This document shows positions 1 through 9,047 of a stretch of DNA of 64,000 bases, piece by piece. Within the stretch, counting starts at the first letter, position 1. Each line of letters begins with the position of its first letter. The stretch comes from Longimicrobiales bacterium. Lineage in GTDB: Bacteria; Gemmatimonadota; Gemmatimonadetes; Longimicrobiales; Gaopeijiaceae. The notes below the pieces were generated by a model. The model made no database searches and was not told where the DNA came from. It worked only from the letters and a program-made list of their open reading frames with translations. A program made the position numbers and the translations under genes. The DNA is taken from NCBI GenBank assembly GCA_965248195.1, contig CBDFIQ010000002.1:2720001-2784000 (forward strand), given 5' to 3'.

Positions 1-347
1 CGCTGGAAGAAGGAGCTGCCCGAGGCCGTGGAGGTCCTGGAGCGGGGCTTCGGGGCAGCGACGCAGTTCTACGCGTTCCCCGAGGCGCACTGGCCCCGGC
101 TGCGTACCACCAACAGCCTCGAGCGGCTGCACGGCGAGATCAAACGCAGGATCAAGGCCGCCGGCGCCTTCCCGGACCGGGCCAGCGCCCTCAGGCTCAT
201 CACGGCCGTCGCACTCAGGACCACACACGTCTGGGGCGACCGGCGTTACCTCGACCTCTCACTCCTCCAGAAACAGGAGGTCGCCCAAGCAGCCTAGCCG
301 AAGGCGAGGAGCTTCCTCCGCTTTTACACACAAATCGGGACTTGACC
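1..347 (+). mobile_element. IS256-family element, copy 1 (3' part only)
   Basis: Transposase C-terminus (to 297) and right end ...ttttacacacaaatcgggacttgacc match the full copies. Confidence 0.95.
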
Positions 348-459
348 CTCCTTTCATCGCTCCAGTGTTAGCGGACGGTGCCATCTTCTCGCGCGGGCGC
401 TTGTCAGCGCGCGCCGCGCCATGCACTGCGTCGGCAAGACTGGATTTACGCTTCACCAT
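348..459 (-). pseudogene. Small ParA-partner (ParG/RHH-like) gene truncated by IS256
   Basis: ATG overlaps the end of the ParA fragment; MVKRKSSLADAV... runs into the IS end. Confidence 0.35.
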
Positions 460-720
460 TGGTCTCGGCTCCGTGTCCATTCAAAGAGTTCATTGATCTC
501 GGCGGCGGCCTTCCCGCTTGGCGCAGACTCAGACGCGGACAATCCGGCTGTGAAGGCATGGACGTGCTCGATTCTCTGATGCACGATGACGGGGCAGGCC
601 TTCACACCGTAACCAGCGATGGCTGTCAGGGCTTGGTCCGTGAGCTGGTTGGCGACTGGCGCCGCGTTGATGACCACAGCGCCTGCGGCGGCTTTCCCCC
701 GGCCCCTGAGGCGATTAAGC
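453..720 (-). pseudogene. ParA-family ATPase, C-terminal fragment
   Basis: VVINAAP...HQRIEHVHAFTAGLSASESAPSGKAAAEINELFEW is a typical ParA C-terminus; Walker A region missing. Confidence 0.65.
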
Positions 721-814
721 CATCGCCCTGGTTCCTGAGGATGCCCGTCCTTCACGGCCCTCCACAGGTGCTGGGACTAACATAGGATGTGGTACCGCTC
801 TTGGGGGCAGGTCA
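721..814 (-). mobile_element. IS3-family left-end remnant
   Basis: Minus strand begins TGACCTGCCCCC..., similar to the IS3 end at 4240; it truncates both neighbours. Confidence 0.55.
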
Positions 815-1340
815 CTGCCAATGGCACAAGCGAGAGAATGTGGTCTCGTACCTGCCACGCACCGAGCAGAAGGCCTGGCGTGTACGTCTGCAGCGAGCCT
901 ACGAGCGGCCCACCTACGAGGAGGCGAAGCGGGACCTGAAAGCGATGCGGGCTGAGCTGGACGAGCTCAACCAGTCGGCGGTTGCGAGCCTGGACGAAGG
1001 GTTCGAGGAGACGTTGACCCTGCATCGACTCGGCGTGTTCCCGCTGGTTGGCCGTTCGCTGAAGACGACCAACGTTCTCGAATCCGTGAACGCTCAAGCC
1101 GAACAGCGCTGTGCGAGAGTCGACCGATGGAGAAACTCGAACCATAAGCAGCGCTGGCTCGCCGCCGCGCTCATCGACATCGAGCCTCGGCTCAGGGGGC
1201 TACTCGGCTATCGCCACCTCCCGTCGCTCCGTGCCGCGATTCAGAAGGAACTCGGGATCATCCATCCCGATAGCCAGACTCATGCCGCAGCCTGAGCGTC
1301 CGGAGGTCACTCGAGTTTCAACTAGCTTTGGGATTGACTC
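815..1340 (+). mobile_element. Second, distinct IS256-family transposase, 3' fragment with putative right end
   Basis: CQWHKRENV...SLKTTNVLESVN motifs; stop at 1295. Confidence 0.75.
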
Positions 1341-1413
1341 ATCAGAGTCGACCGGGAAGGTTAAAGGAACTGTCAGGCGTCATTGCTCAAGCTCACCTCC
1401 ACCGATTTGACGC

Positions 1414-1557
1414 TCAAGATCCCATCGAGTTCGGATCTCGCGGGGGTTTGAGATCCTCAGCAAGATAGACGGTCGCCATGCCACCTTCGCCAATCTGGCG
1501 TTCAAGGCGGTAGCGGCCTTCCAGAGCTGAATCCAGCCGGGCAATCGGATCGGACAT
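1414..1557 (-). pseudogene. Ser/Thr protein kinase N-terminal mini-ORF (47 aa)
   Basis: Manual translation MSDPIARLDSALEGRYRLERQIGEGGMATVYLAEDLK then early stop. Confidence 0.75.
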
Positions 1558-1605
1558 CAAGAAGACCTCGGGTCGAAGGGGTACCGCGAGGGATCATCCG
1601 ATGGA

Positions 1606-1737
1606 CTACATCATTCTGTGCGGAAGGGAGTTATCGCAAGCCGCTCCGTCTCTGGCCATCCCGCCCTCGCCAAGCTCACGCTCGACGCGGTAGCGGCCTT
1701 CGAGGGCAGCGTTCAGGCGGGTGATGGGGTCGGTCAT
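1606..1737 (-). pseudogene. Ser/Thr protein kinase N-terminal mini-ORF (43 aa)
   Basis: Manual translation MTDPITRLNAALEGRYRVERELGEGGMA then unrelated tail and stop. Confidence 0.75.
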
Positions 1738-1832
1738 GGCAGATTTCTAAAGTCGTTCCCGTCCACAAAGTGGGGCTCGAACTCCCCACGCCCGGACAAG
1801 CTGTAAGCACGAACTTCGACGCGGTCTTCTGC

Positions 1833-3410
1833 TTACGGTTCGTCGGCTTTCACCAACTCCTCTACCTCAACAACCTTCGTCTCCGTGGGTTCCGACCGGG
1901 CCGCATTGCGGTTGACTGTGCCCAACACTGCCGGCAACTCAATGCCCGCCTGCTCGGCCAGCTCGTGGATCGCCGGCAGCGACCCGATCAAGCTCGACAG
2001 AAAATCGGCCGTTCCACCGCCGTGCTTCGATCCACGACCACCGTTCCCCGAATCCCACACAGTGATCTTGTCGATCTTGAGGTTCTGAATCGCCTTCACC
2101 TGCTCGGCGACCAAGGTAGGAAGCTGCTCGATCATGAGCAGAGTCGGAGCGATCTGCGGATTCCCGGCGCAGGCCTCGACCAGTCTCTGGTACCCCGCGG
2201 CCTTGGCCTCCAACACCTTTTGCGTACCCTCCGCCTCGGCCACGAATTTGGCCAACATCGCGTCGGCCTCACCGCGCGCCTCGCGCCGCAGTTGCTCCGC
2301 AGTCGCCTCGGCCTCGATCTCGACCCGCTGTTTCTCGATCTCCTGAGGCGCCAGTTCGTCTTTGCCCAAGCGGGCGATCTCCTGCTCGCGCTGAGCCCCG
2401 AAGATCGCCTCGTCCGCCTGTGCGGCCGCGATCTCAGCCCTGCGCTTCGCCTCGGCCCGCACCTCTGCGAGCTGGGCGTTTGAGTTCGCGATCTCTCCCT
2501 GTGACGAGTTCTCGCCCTGAACCGCCGTCGACTCCGCCGCGGCAACCTGCACCCGCTGCTCCTGCTCCGCGTTCTTCTTAGCGGCGATGGTCTCGGCTTC
2601 CCGCTCGGCGGTTGCGATCTCGTAGTCGCGCTTCGACTTCACCTCGCCCTCAATCGCGGTCGCCTCCAGCGCAGCCACGCGCACCCGCTGATCGCGCTGG
2701 GCATCCTTCTGCCCGGTAGCGCCGTCGCGATCCTGCTGGGCGACCTCCACCTTGGCGCGATTGATCGCCTCCGCCGCCGCACGTTTCCCGATGGCTTCGA
2801 TGTAGCCACTCTCGTCGGTGATGTCACGGACGTTCACGTTGATCAGCGCGAGCCCCACCTTGTTGATCTCCTCGGCTACGTTCGTGTTGATGAGATTCAT
2901 GAACTTCTCGCGGTCCTTGTTAATCTCTTCGATCGACAGGGTCGCAATGACCAGCCGCAACTGACCCAGAATGATGTCCTGGGCTTGCTCGCGAATCTGG
3001 TTCTCATCCAGGTGCAGTAGTCTTTCCGCTGCTGAGTTCATGAGCACCGGGTCGGTGGAAATGCCCACCGTGAACGTCGAGGGAACGTTCACCCGGATGT
3101 TGTTGAGCGACAGCGCTCCTTCCAGGGGGATATCGATGACCAGCGGCTCGAGAGGCAAGAACGCGTAGTCCTGCAACAGCGGGATTATGAACTTGCCGCC
3201 GCCGTGGAGGCACTGTGCCGCCTGTGCGCCCGCGACCCTCCCATAGATGACCAGGATCCTGTTGGAAGGACAGCGCTTGTATTGCTTCACCAAGAACGAG
3301 ATGCCGAAGAAGAGGATAAGCAGACCCCCACCTATCAAGCCGAGCCACACCCTCGAATCGCCCTCGAACGCGCCCACTTGGAGGAGTGCCACCGTGGCGA
3401 ACAGGAACAT
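1833..3410 (-). CDS. Flotillin/SPFH-domain membrane protein
   Basis: N-terminal TM, SPFH domain (YKRCPSNRILVIYG, INKDREKF), Ala/Glu coiled coil, IDKITVWD. Confidence 0.92.
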   Translation of the reverse strand: MFLFATVALLQVGAFEGDSRVWLGLIGGGLLILFFGISFLVKQYKRCPSNRILVIYGRVAGAQAAQCLHGGGKFIIPLLQDYAFLPLEPLVIDIPLEGALSLNNIRVNVPSTFTVGISTDPVLMNSAAERLLHLDENQIREQAQDIILGQLRLVIATLSIEEINKDREKFMNLINTNVAEEINKVGLALINVNVRDITDESGYIEAIGKRAAAEAINRAKVEVAQQDRDGATGQKDAQRDQRVRVAALEATAIEGEVKSKRDYEIATAEREAETIAAKKNAEQEQRVQVAAAESTAVQGENSSQGEIANSNAQLAEVRAEAKRRAEIAAAQADEAIFGAQREQEIARLGKDELAPQEIEKQRVEIEAEATAEQLRREARGEADAMLAKFVAEAEGTQKVLEAKAAGYQRLVEACAGNPQIAPTLLMIEQLPTLVAEQVKAIQNLKIDKITVWDSGNGGRGSKHGGGTADFLSSLIGSLPAIHELAEQAGIELPAVLGTVNRNAARSEPTETKVVEVEELVKADEP

Positions 3411-3431
3411 CGTGTTATCCCCCTCTGGAGT

Positions 3432-4037
3432 TCATGCCTTCGTTACTGTTACTGAGTTGTCCTCATTTATGCTCACGACGCGGACCTTCTCGCTCCGGGG
3501 CAGTGCCTCGCCCTCCGTGATCGCTTTGTAGAACCGTTGGCGGTCGTCGATCAGGACACGCACGCGCCCCTTCCCGAGACCCTTGGCGGGGATCTTCGCG
3601 TACACCGTGCCCTCCGCCTCCAGGGTCTGGTATATGGGCACGTTGCCGCTGCTCTGGAGGCCATACATGGCCGTGAGCAATTTCGCGAGGAACCAAACCA
3701 TGCCCGTTCCACACGCCACCGCGAAGACGACGCTGATCGTGCCCCCCCAGCCTCCGCCGCGGAACGCACCCAGCCCTCCCCAGCCAAAGCCCATCAGAAA
3801 AGCAGCGATCGCCTGGACGGACAGGACCTTGAAGGCGTACGAGGATTCGCCGGTATCTACGTCGATATCGGCTCCCGCATCGATATCTACATCGACATCG
3901 AAGTCCACATCGACGTCCACGCCCGTATCGGCACCCCCGACGAGCATGAGGAGCGTACGCAAGGAGAAGAACACGGTGCCGGCAATCGCTGGCACGGTGA
4001 ACCAGATGGCGACGGGACCGAAGAACAGCTCCTGCAT
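3432..4037 (-). CDS. NfeD-like membrane protein (flotillin partner)
   Basis: Three TM segments plus C-terminal OB-like GTVYAKIP..GKGRVRV; immediately upstream of flotillin. Confidence 0.85.
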   Translation of the reverse strand: MQELFFGPVAIWFTVPAIAGTVFFSLRTLLMLVGGADTGVDVDVDFDVDVDIDAGADIDVDTGESSYAFKVLSVQAIAAFLMGFGWGGLGAFRGGGWGGTISVVFAVACGTGMVWFLAKLLTAMYGLQSSGNVPIYQTLEAEGTVYAKIPAKGLGKGRVRVLIDDRQRFYKAITEGEALPRSEKVRVVSINEDNSVTVTKA

Positions 4038-4239
4038 ACGGCTTCCATCTCGGGGGGTGGCGGTTACTGGAGGATACGCGGAGGCCGTGATCCGCCTTCA
4101 GAGCATCACATTAGTCGCCCCCCGAGGGAGCCGCAACCAACGCTGGGCTGCCTTGCCGCCTCTCTCAGTTCACGCGGGATCCCAACGGGGCTTCAAGGCC
4201 GAACGCAGTGTGATGCGGCGAGCCTGTCCGAGGGGACTG

Positions 4240-4533
4240 TGATCTGACCCCCTAAAACGAGACCAAGTCCAGTTTTAGAATTCTGGACGGGTCGAGACAA
4301 GGAAAAGGAGGTCAGGATGGCAGCGCCAAAGAACCTGAGCGCGGGACAAATCATCAACCAACTGTGCAGGGCGGAAGTGGCCCTGGCGAACGGGAAGAGG
4401 GTCAAGCAAGTGTGCCGGGAGCTGGGGGTGAGCGAGCAAACGTACTACCGGTGGCGCAAAGAGTACGGGGGAATGAAGGTGAGCCAGGCGAAGCGGCTCA
4501 AGGCGCTCGAGAAGCAAAACCAGCGACTGAAGC
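4240..4533 (+). mobile_element. IS3-family left end with OrfA (from 4317), truncated by IS256
   Basis: TGATCTGACCCCC terminus; HTH VCRELGVSEQTYYRWRKEYGG...LKALEKQNQRLK. Confidence 0.85.
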
Positions 4534-5909
4534 GGTAGTGTCCCTAGATTTGTGTAAAAGCGGATAAGCTGGACAGGAGGGAAAGAAAAACGGAAGCTCC
4601 TCTGTTGTTGTTCACTGTCACATGAACCCGGGAGTCCGGGTCTGCAGAGCAGGCTCGGAACCGGAGAGGAGCTTCCGATGCAAGAGATTGTGGAGATCGG
4701 TCGGGCCACGCAAGACGAGCTACGCGATGATTTGCGCGAGCTGTTTCAAGGCGCGATCCGGCTGACGCTCGAGATGGTGCTGGAAGAGGAGCTGAAGGCC
4801 ATGGTAGGTGCACGCCGCTTCGAGCGGGTGGGAAGCCGGAAGGACCATAGGAACGGCACATACCTGAGGCGGCTGCTGACGAGCCTGGGGCAGATCGAGG
4901 TCGCCATGCCCCGGAGCCGGGACAACGGTTCGCCGGCCGACGTGATCGGCCGCTACCAGCGCAGGAGCCCCGAGCTCGACGAGATGATGGTCGAGGCGTA
5001 TGTGAGCGGCGTGTCACAGCGCAAGATGGGCGACGTCACCGAGGCGCTGATGGGCGAGCGTGTTGGGCGCTCGACGGTGAGTCGTGTGGCAAAACGGCTC
5101 GACGAGGCCGTGGAAGGGCTGCGCCGTGCGCCGATCGAGGGGCCTCACCCCTATCTGTACCTGGACGCCACGTTCTTGGACGCCCGCTGGGCCCGCAAAG
5201 TCGAGAACGTGAGTGCGCTCGTGGCGTATGCAGTGGGCCCTGAGGGTCACCGACGGCTCCTGGCCGTCACGCTGGGCGCTGAGGAGTCGCAGCAGAGCTG
5301 GTCGGAGCTCCTCGAGCAACTCCAGGACCGCGGCCTCGGCGGTGTCGAGCTCGTGATCGCCGATGAGCACGCAGGCCTGGCAGCTGCGGTCCGCCGCTTC
5401 CTGCCCGAGGCACGCCGTCAGAGGTGTACGGTCCATCTGCAGCGTAATGTGGGGGCGAGGGTCCCCCACCGCCTACGCAAGCGCGTGGCGCGTGAGGTCT
5501 CGGTGATCTTCCAGACATCCGGACTCGCCGAGGCGAAGAAGCTCCTGGGCGAGTTCGGCGCACGCTGGAAGAAGGAGCTGCCCGAGGCCGTGGAGGTCCT
5601 GGAGCGGGGCTTCGGGGCAGCGACGCAGTTCTACGCGTTCCCCGAGGCGCACTGGCCCCGGCTGCGTACCACCAACAGCCTCGAGCGGCTGCACGGCGAG
5701 ATCAAACGCAGGATCAAGGCCGCCGGCGCCTTCCCGGACCGGGCCAGCGCCCTCAGGCTCATCACGGCCGTCGCACTCAGGACCACACACGTCTGGGGCG
5801 ACCGGCGTTACCTCGACCTCTCACTCCTCCAGAAACAGGAGGTCGCCCAAGCAGCCTAGCCGAAGGCGAGGAGCTTCCTCCGCTTTTACACACAAATCGG
5901 GACTTGACC
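4534..5909 (+). mobile_element. IS256-family element, copy 2 (transposase 4678-5859)
   Basis: 393-aa mutator-type DDE transposase; imperfect IRs ggtagtgtccctagatttgtgtaaaagcgg / ggtcaagtcccgatttgtgtgtaaaagcgg; no target duplication. Confidence 0.97.
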
Positions 5910-7244
5910 GCGCCGGCCGACGACGGCGGCGCCGCCATCACCGGCTACAAGATCGAGGTTTCGCCCAATGGCAGCACCGGCTGGACCAACCGCGTCGCCA
6001 CCACCGGCAACACCAACACCACCTACGCCCACACCGGCCTTTCCGCCGGCACCACCCGCCACTACCGCGTCTCGGCGATCAACTCGGTCGGCACCGGCGC
6101 CGCCTCCAGCACCGCCAACGCCACCACCGACGCCGAGCCGGGGCTGGCGGTGGTGACGGTGCACGCGCTGGCGACATCGGTGCCGGGGGGGGGCCTCGCC
6201 CGTTTCGAGCTGCGGCGCAGCGGCGGCGACCTGGACGACTGGCTCAAGGTCAGCTACCGGCACGACGAGTCGTCCGACGGCAACTACGTGAAGTCGTGGG
6301 GCTACTTCAAGCCGGGCGACACGAAGAAAAAGGCGGATTACGTCGTGGGGTCGTCCGGCACGGTGACGGCGTGCGTCATGGAGCCTTCGGTGCTGTGCAC
6401 AGAGGATCCGAATAATTCCTCGTGCACCGACAACTACATGGTCGGCAACCCGTCGAGCGCGTCGATGCAGGTAACGGCCAGCGCCAGCTCGTCGGACGAC
6501 GCGCTGGAATACGCGCTGACCCTCGTGGACGACCTGACCCCGGATGTGGCCGCCGCAGTGTTGCTCGGCGAGCAGACCCTCGGCGAGGCTGAGTTGGCCG
6601 CGCTCGACCGGCTGGGCAATGGTAACGGTCGCTACGACCTCGGGGACCTGCTCTCCTGGATCGATCGCTGCCGGCGGGGTGAAGCGCGGTGCGGACCAAC
6701 CTCGACGGGTTCCGGTCCCCCTTCCGCCGCCGGCCTCCTCGCCGCCGCGGCGGCCGGACGGCCGTGGATCTCCAGGCGCACGAGACGGCGCGGTTCCGGG
6801 CGCCCGGGACGAAAATCGATCCGCGCCGCGCGCCGCCGGGGGCGCTTCGCCGGATACGCACTCGCCACGCTGCTCGCCGTGACCATGACCCTGTCGTGCA
6901 CCGAAGGTTCGGTGGGACCGGCCGCCAACGTGCAGGACCCGGGGTTCCTGACCGTCGAGTGGACCGGGCCGGCAGCCGGTCGCGGCATCGGCGTTCTGCT
7001 GGAGCTCGAGGGTCCCGGCATCGAGGCCGTGCGCGCTCCCGGTTTCGAGTTGTACGAATCCAGGGCGTCCGGGCGGCATGAGATCGTCGTGGCGGGATCC
7101 CTCCGGGCGGGTCCCCTCGTGCAGTTCCGGGTCCCGGACCGGGGCCAGCTGCCTCTGTACCGGGTCCGCGTCCTCGAGGTCGCGGGAGAGGATTACGAGC
7201 TCAGGGACGCGGGGCAGTACCGGGCCGTGATCACGCTGCACTGA
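5910..7244 (+). pseudogene. Fibronectin type III domain surface protein, N-terminus cut off by IS256
   Basis: TAPADDGGAAITGYKIEVS...TTRHYRVSAINSVGTG FN3 signature; EF-hand/dockerin-like DRLGNGNGRYDLGD. Confidence 0.8.
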
Positions 7245-7832
7245 CAACCCCAGCCAAGATGGGTCCCCCGACGTGCGCGGCAAGGTTCGAGTGCGTCGGG
7301 GGGGCCACGCCCACAGCAGCCGGGGCGTGCGCAGGTGTCGCGCGCCCCGGCCTCTTGAGGGCTGCACCGAGCAGCGCCTGCTTGACGGGCCGGATGGCGC
7401 CGGGCTGGCCGGTGGAGCCCGCGTCACAGCCAACCCTGACCTCCCGTCCCGCCATCCCGGCGCCCGCGAACGACGGCTCGCAGCCGCCGTAGGGGCGCCC
7501 GCCCGCGGCGCATTCCATGACGCGCGCGGCCAGGCCGCACACGGCGTCCTCCTCCGCGCCGGGAATCGACCCGCTGACCTAGCGCCGTCCTCTTACCAGC
7601 AACCGGCCCGGCCTCCCGGACGGCATCCGGTTCCCACGGACCTTCGCGTTCCGTCGCGCCGGCCGGCGCACACCCCGCACCGGCCGCACCCGGGCCCGGC
7701 TCTCCCGGCCGAGCCTCGCACCCCACCCCCCCGGCCTCGCATCCCCTGCCTCGCGGGGGCGTGCGCCACTGCACTGGCGGCGGCCTCCAGAGCCTCCCGG
7801 ACAACGTCGGATAACTACGTGCACCACGGACA

Positions 7833-7858
7833 CTTAGGAAATTTCCTAAGAGTTGACT
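7833..7858 (+). promoter_or_regulatory. Perfect 18-bp palindromic operator candidate next to a TTGACT -35-like box
   Basis: cttaggaaatttcctaag at 7833-7850; ttgact at 7853-7858; upstream of the HTH-AlpA gene. Confidence 0.6.
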
Positions 7859-7913
7859 TCCTGGAAAAGGCCCCCTCAACGTTACGGGCCATGACACGGT
7901 TGGAACGGCTCTC

Positions 7914-8438
7914 ATGCAGACCCTGGAGGAGCAATTCAACACACGGCTGAACGCGTTTCTGGGCAGCACGGGCCTGAGTCCGACGACGCTCGGCATGCAG
8001 GCGGTGGGCGACCCGAGCCTGTTACGCCAGATCGAGCGGGGACGCTCGCCGTCGCTCAGGACGGCGGACCGGATTCTGGCCTTCATGGCCGCCTACGAGC
8101 AGGACACGGGCGGCGCGAGGGCTCCGCCCGGCCGCCTGGCCGGGCCGGGGCCGGCGACGCGGGGGAGGAAGGCGAACCGGAGCAGAGCGATGAGTGAACA
8201 ACCGATCGAACAGAGAACAAACCCGCCGATCCGTTTCCTGCGGATCTCGGCTGTCGAGGCGCTGACGGGCCTGTCGCGGACCACGATCTACGACTGGTCG
8301 GCACAGGGGCGCTTCCCCCGGGCGGTCCGGCTGAGCGAGCGCGCGGTGCGCTGGATCGAGTCGGAGGTCGAGGAATGGATGGATGAGCGGATCGAGCAGG
8401 GCCGGGGCGGGGACGCCTCGGCGGCAAAACACAACTGA
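7914..8438 (+). CDS. Cro-like HTH fused to AlpA-family regulator
   Basis: N-terminal LSPTTLGMQAVGDPSLLRQIERGRSPSL; C-terminal FLRISAVEALTGLSRTTIY...FPRAVRLSERAVRWIESEV. Confidence 0.85.
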   Translation: MQTLEEQFNTRLNAFLGSTGLSPTTLGMQAVGDPSLLRQIERGRSPSLRTADRILAFMAAYEQDTGGARAPPGRLAGPGPATRGRKANRSRAMSEQPIEQRTNPPIRFLRISAVEALTGLSRTTIYDWSAQGRFPRAVRLSERAVRWIESEVEEWMDERIEQGRGGDASAAKHN

Positions 8439-8457
8439 ACCCCAAGGAGGAGAGAGA

Positions 8458-8745
8458 ATGAGAACGTTGTCGAGAACGCTGCAAGCGGCCGCCTGGGCCG
8501 CACTGCTGGCGCTGACGCCGAGTGTGCTGCTGGCGCAGGGGACGAGCCCATGGGTGGAGGCGGTGAACGAGTTACAGGCGCAGTTCACGGGTCCGATCGC
8601 TCGGGGGCTGTCGCTGATCGCGATCGTGGTGGGCGGGCTGATGTTCGCGTTCGGCGAGGGCGGTAGCAAGCGCACGCTGGCCGGGATCATCTTCGGTCTC
8701 GGGATGGCGATGGGCGCGGCGAACTTCCTGGCGTGGCTGTTCTGA
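8458..8745 (+). CDS. virB2: VirB2/TrbC-family conjugative pilin
   Basis: Signal peptide, SPW..., TGPIARGLSLIAIVVGGLMFAFGE; strong RBS. Confidence 0.9.
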   Translation: MRTLSRTLQAAAWAALLALTPSVLLAQGTSPWVEAVNELQAQFTGPIARGLSLIAIVVGGLMFAFGEGGSKRTLAGIIFGLGMAMGAANFLAWLF

Positions 8746-9047
8746 TGCGGGGTCTGAGGCGCTGGGCCGGTTATGCGGCGCTGAACCGTCCGCTGACGAT
8801 CCTGGGTGTCGAGCGTAGGGGGTTCCTCCTCATCGCGACGCTCGGGCTCGCGATGTGGAACGCGACGGCTTCGCTCGTGACGGGCGGCGTGGTGTTCGCT
8901 GTCGGCTACGGTGCGGGCTGGCTGGCCGGCCGCAAAGACCCGGACATGCTTGGCGTGCTACGGGCCGGGACGCGCTACCCGTCGCGTTTCGACCCGGGCA
9001 AGTGGGCCGACGAGCCGTGGCATCTCGTGATCCGGAGCGGGCGATGA
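8745..9047 (+). CDS. virB3: VirB3-family T4SS protein
   Basis: ALNRPLTILGVER motif, two TMs, KDP; between virB2 and virB4. Confidence 0.85.
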   Translation: MRGLRRWAGYAALNRPLTILGVERRGFLLIATLGLAMWNATASLVTGGVVFAVGYGAGWLAGRKDPDMLGVLRAGTRYPSRFDPGKWADEPWHLVIRSGR

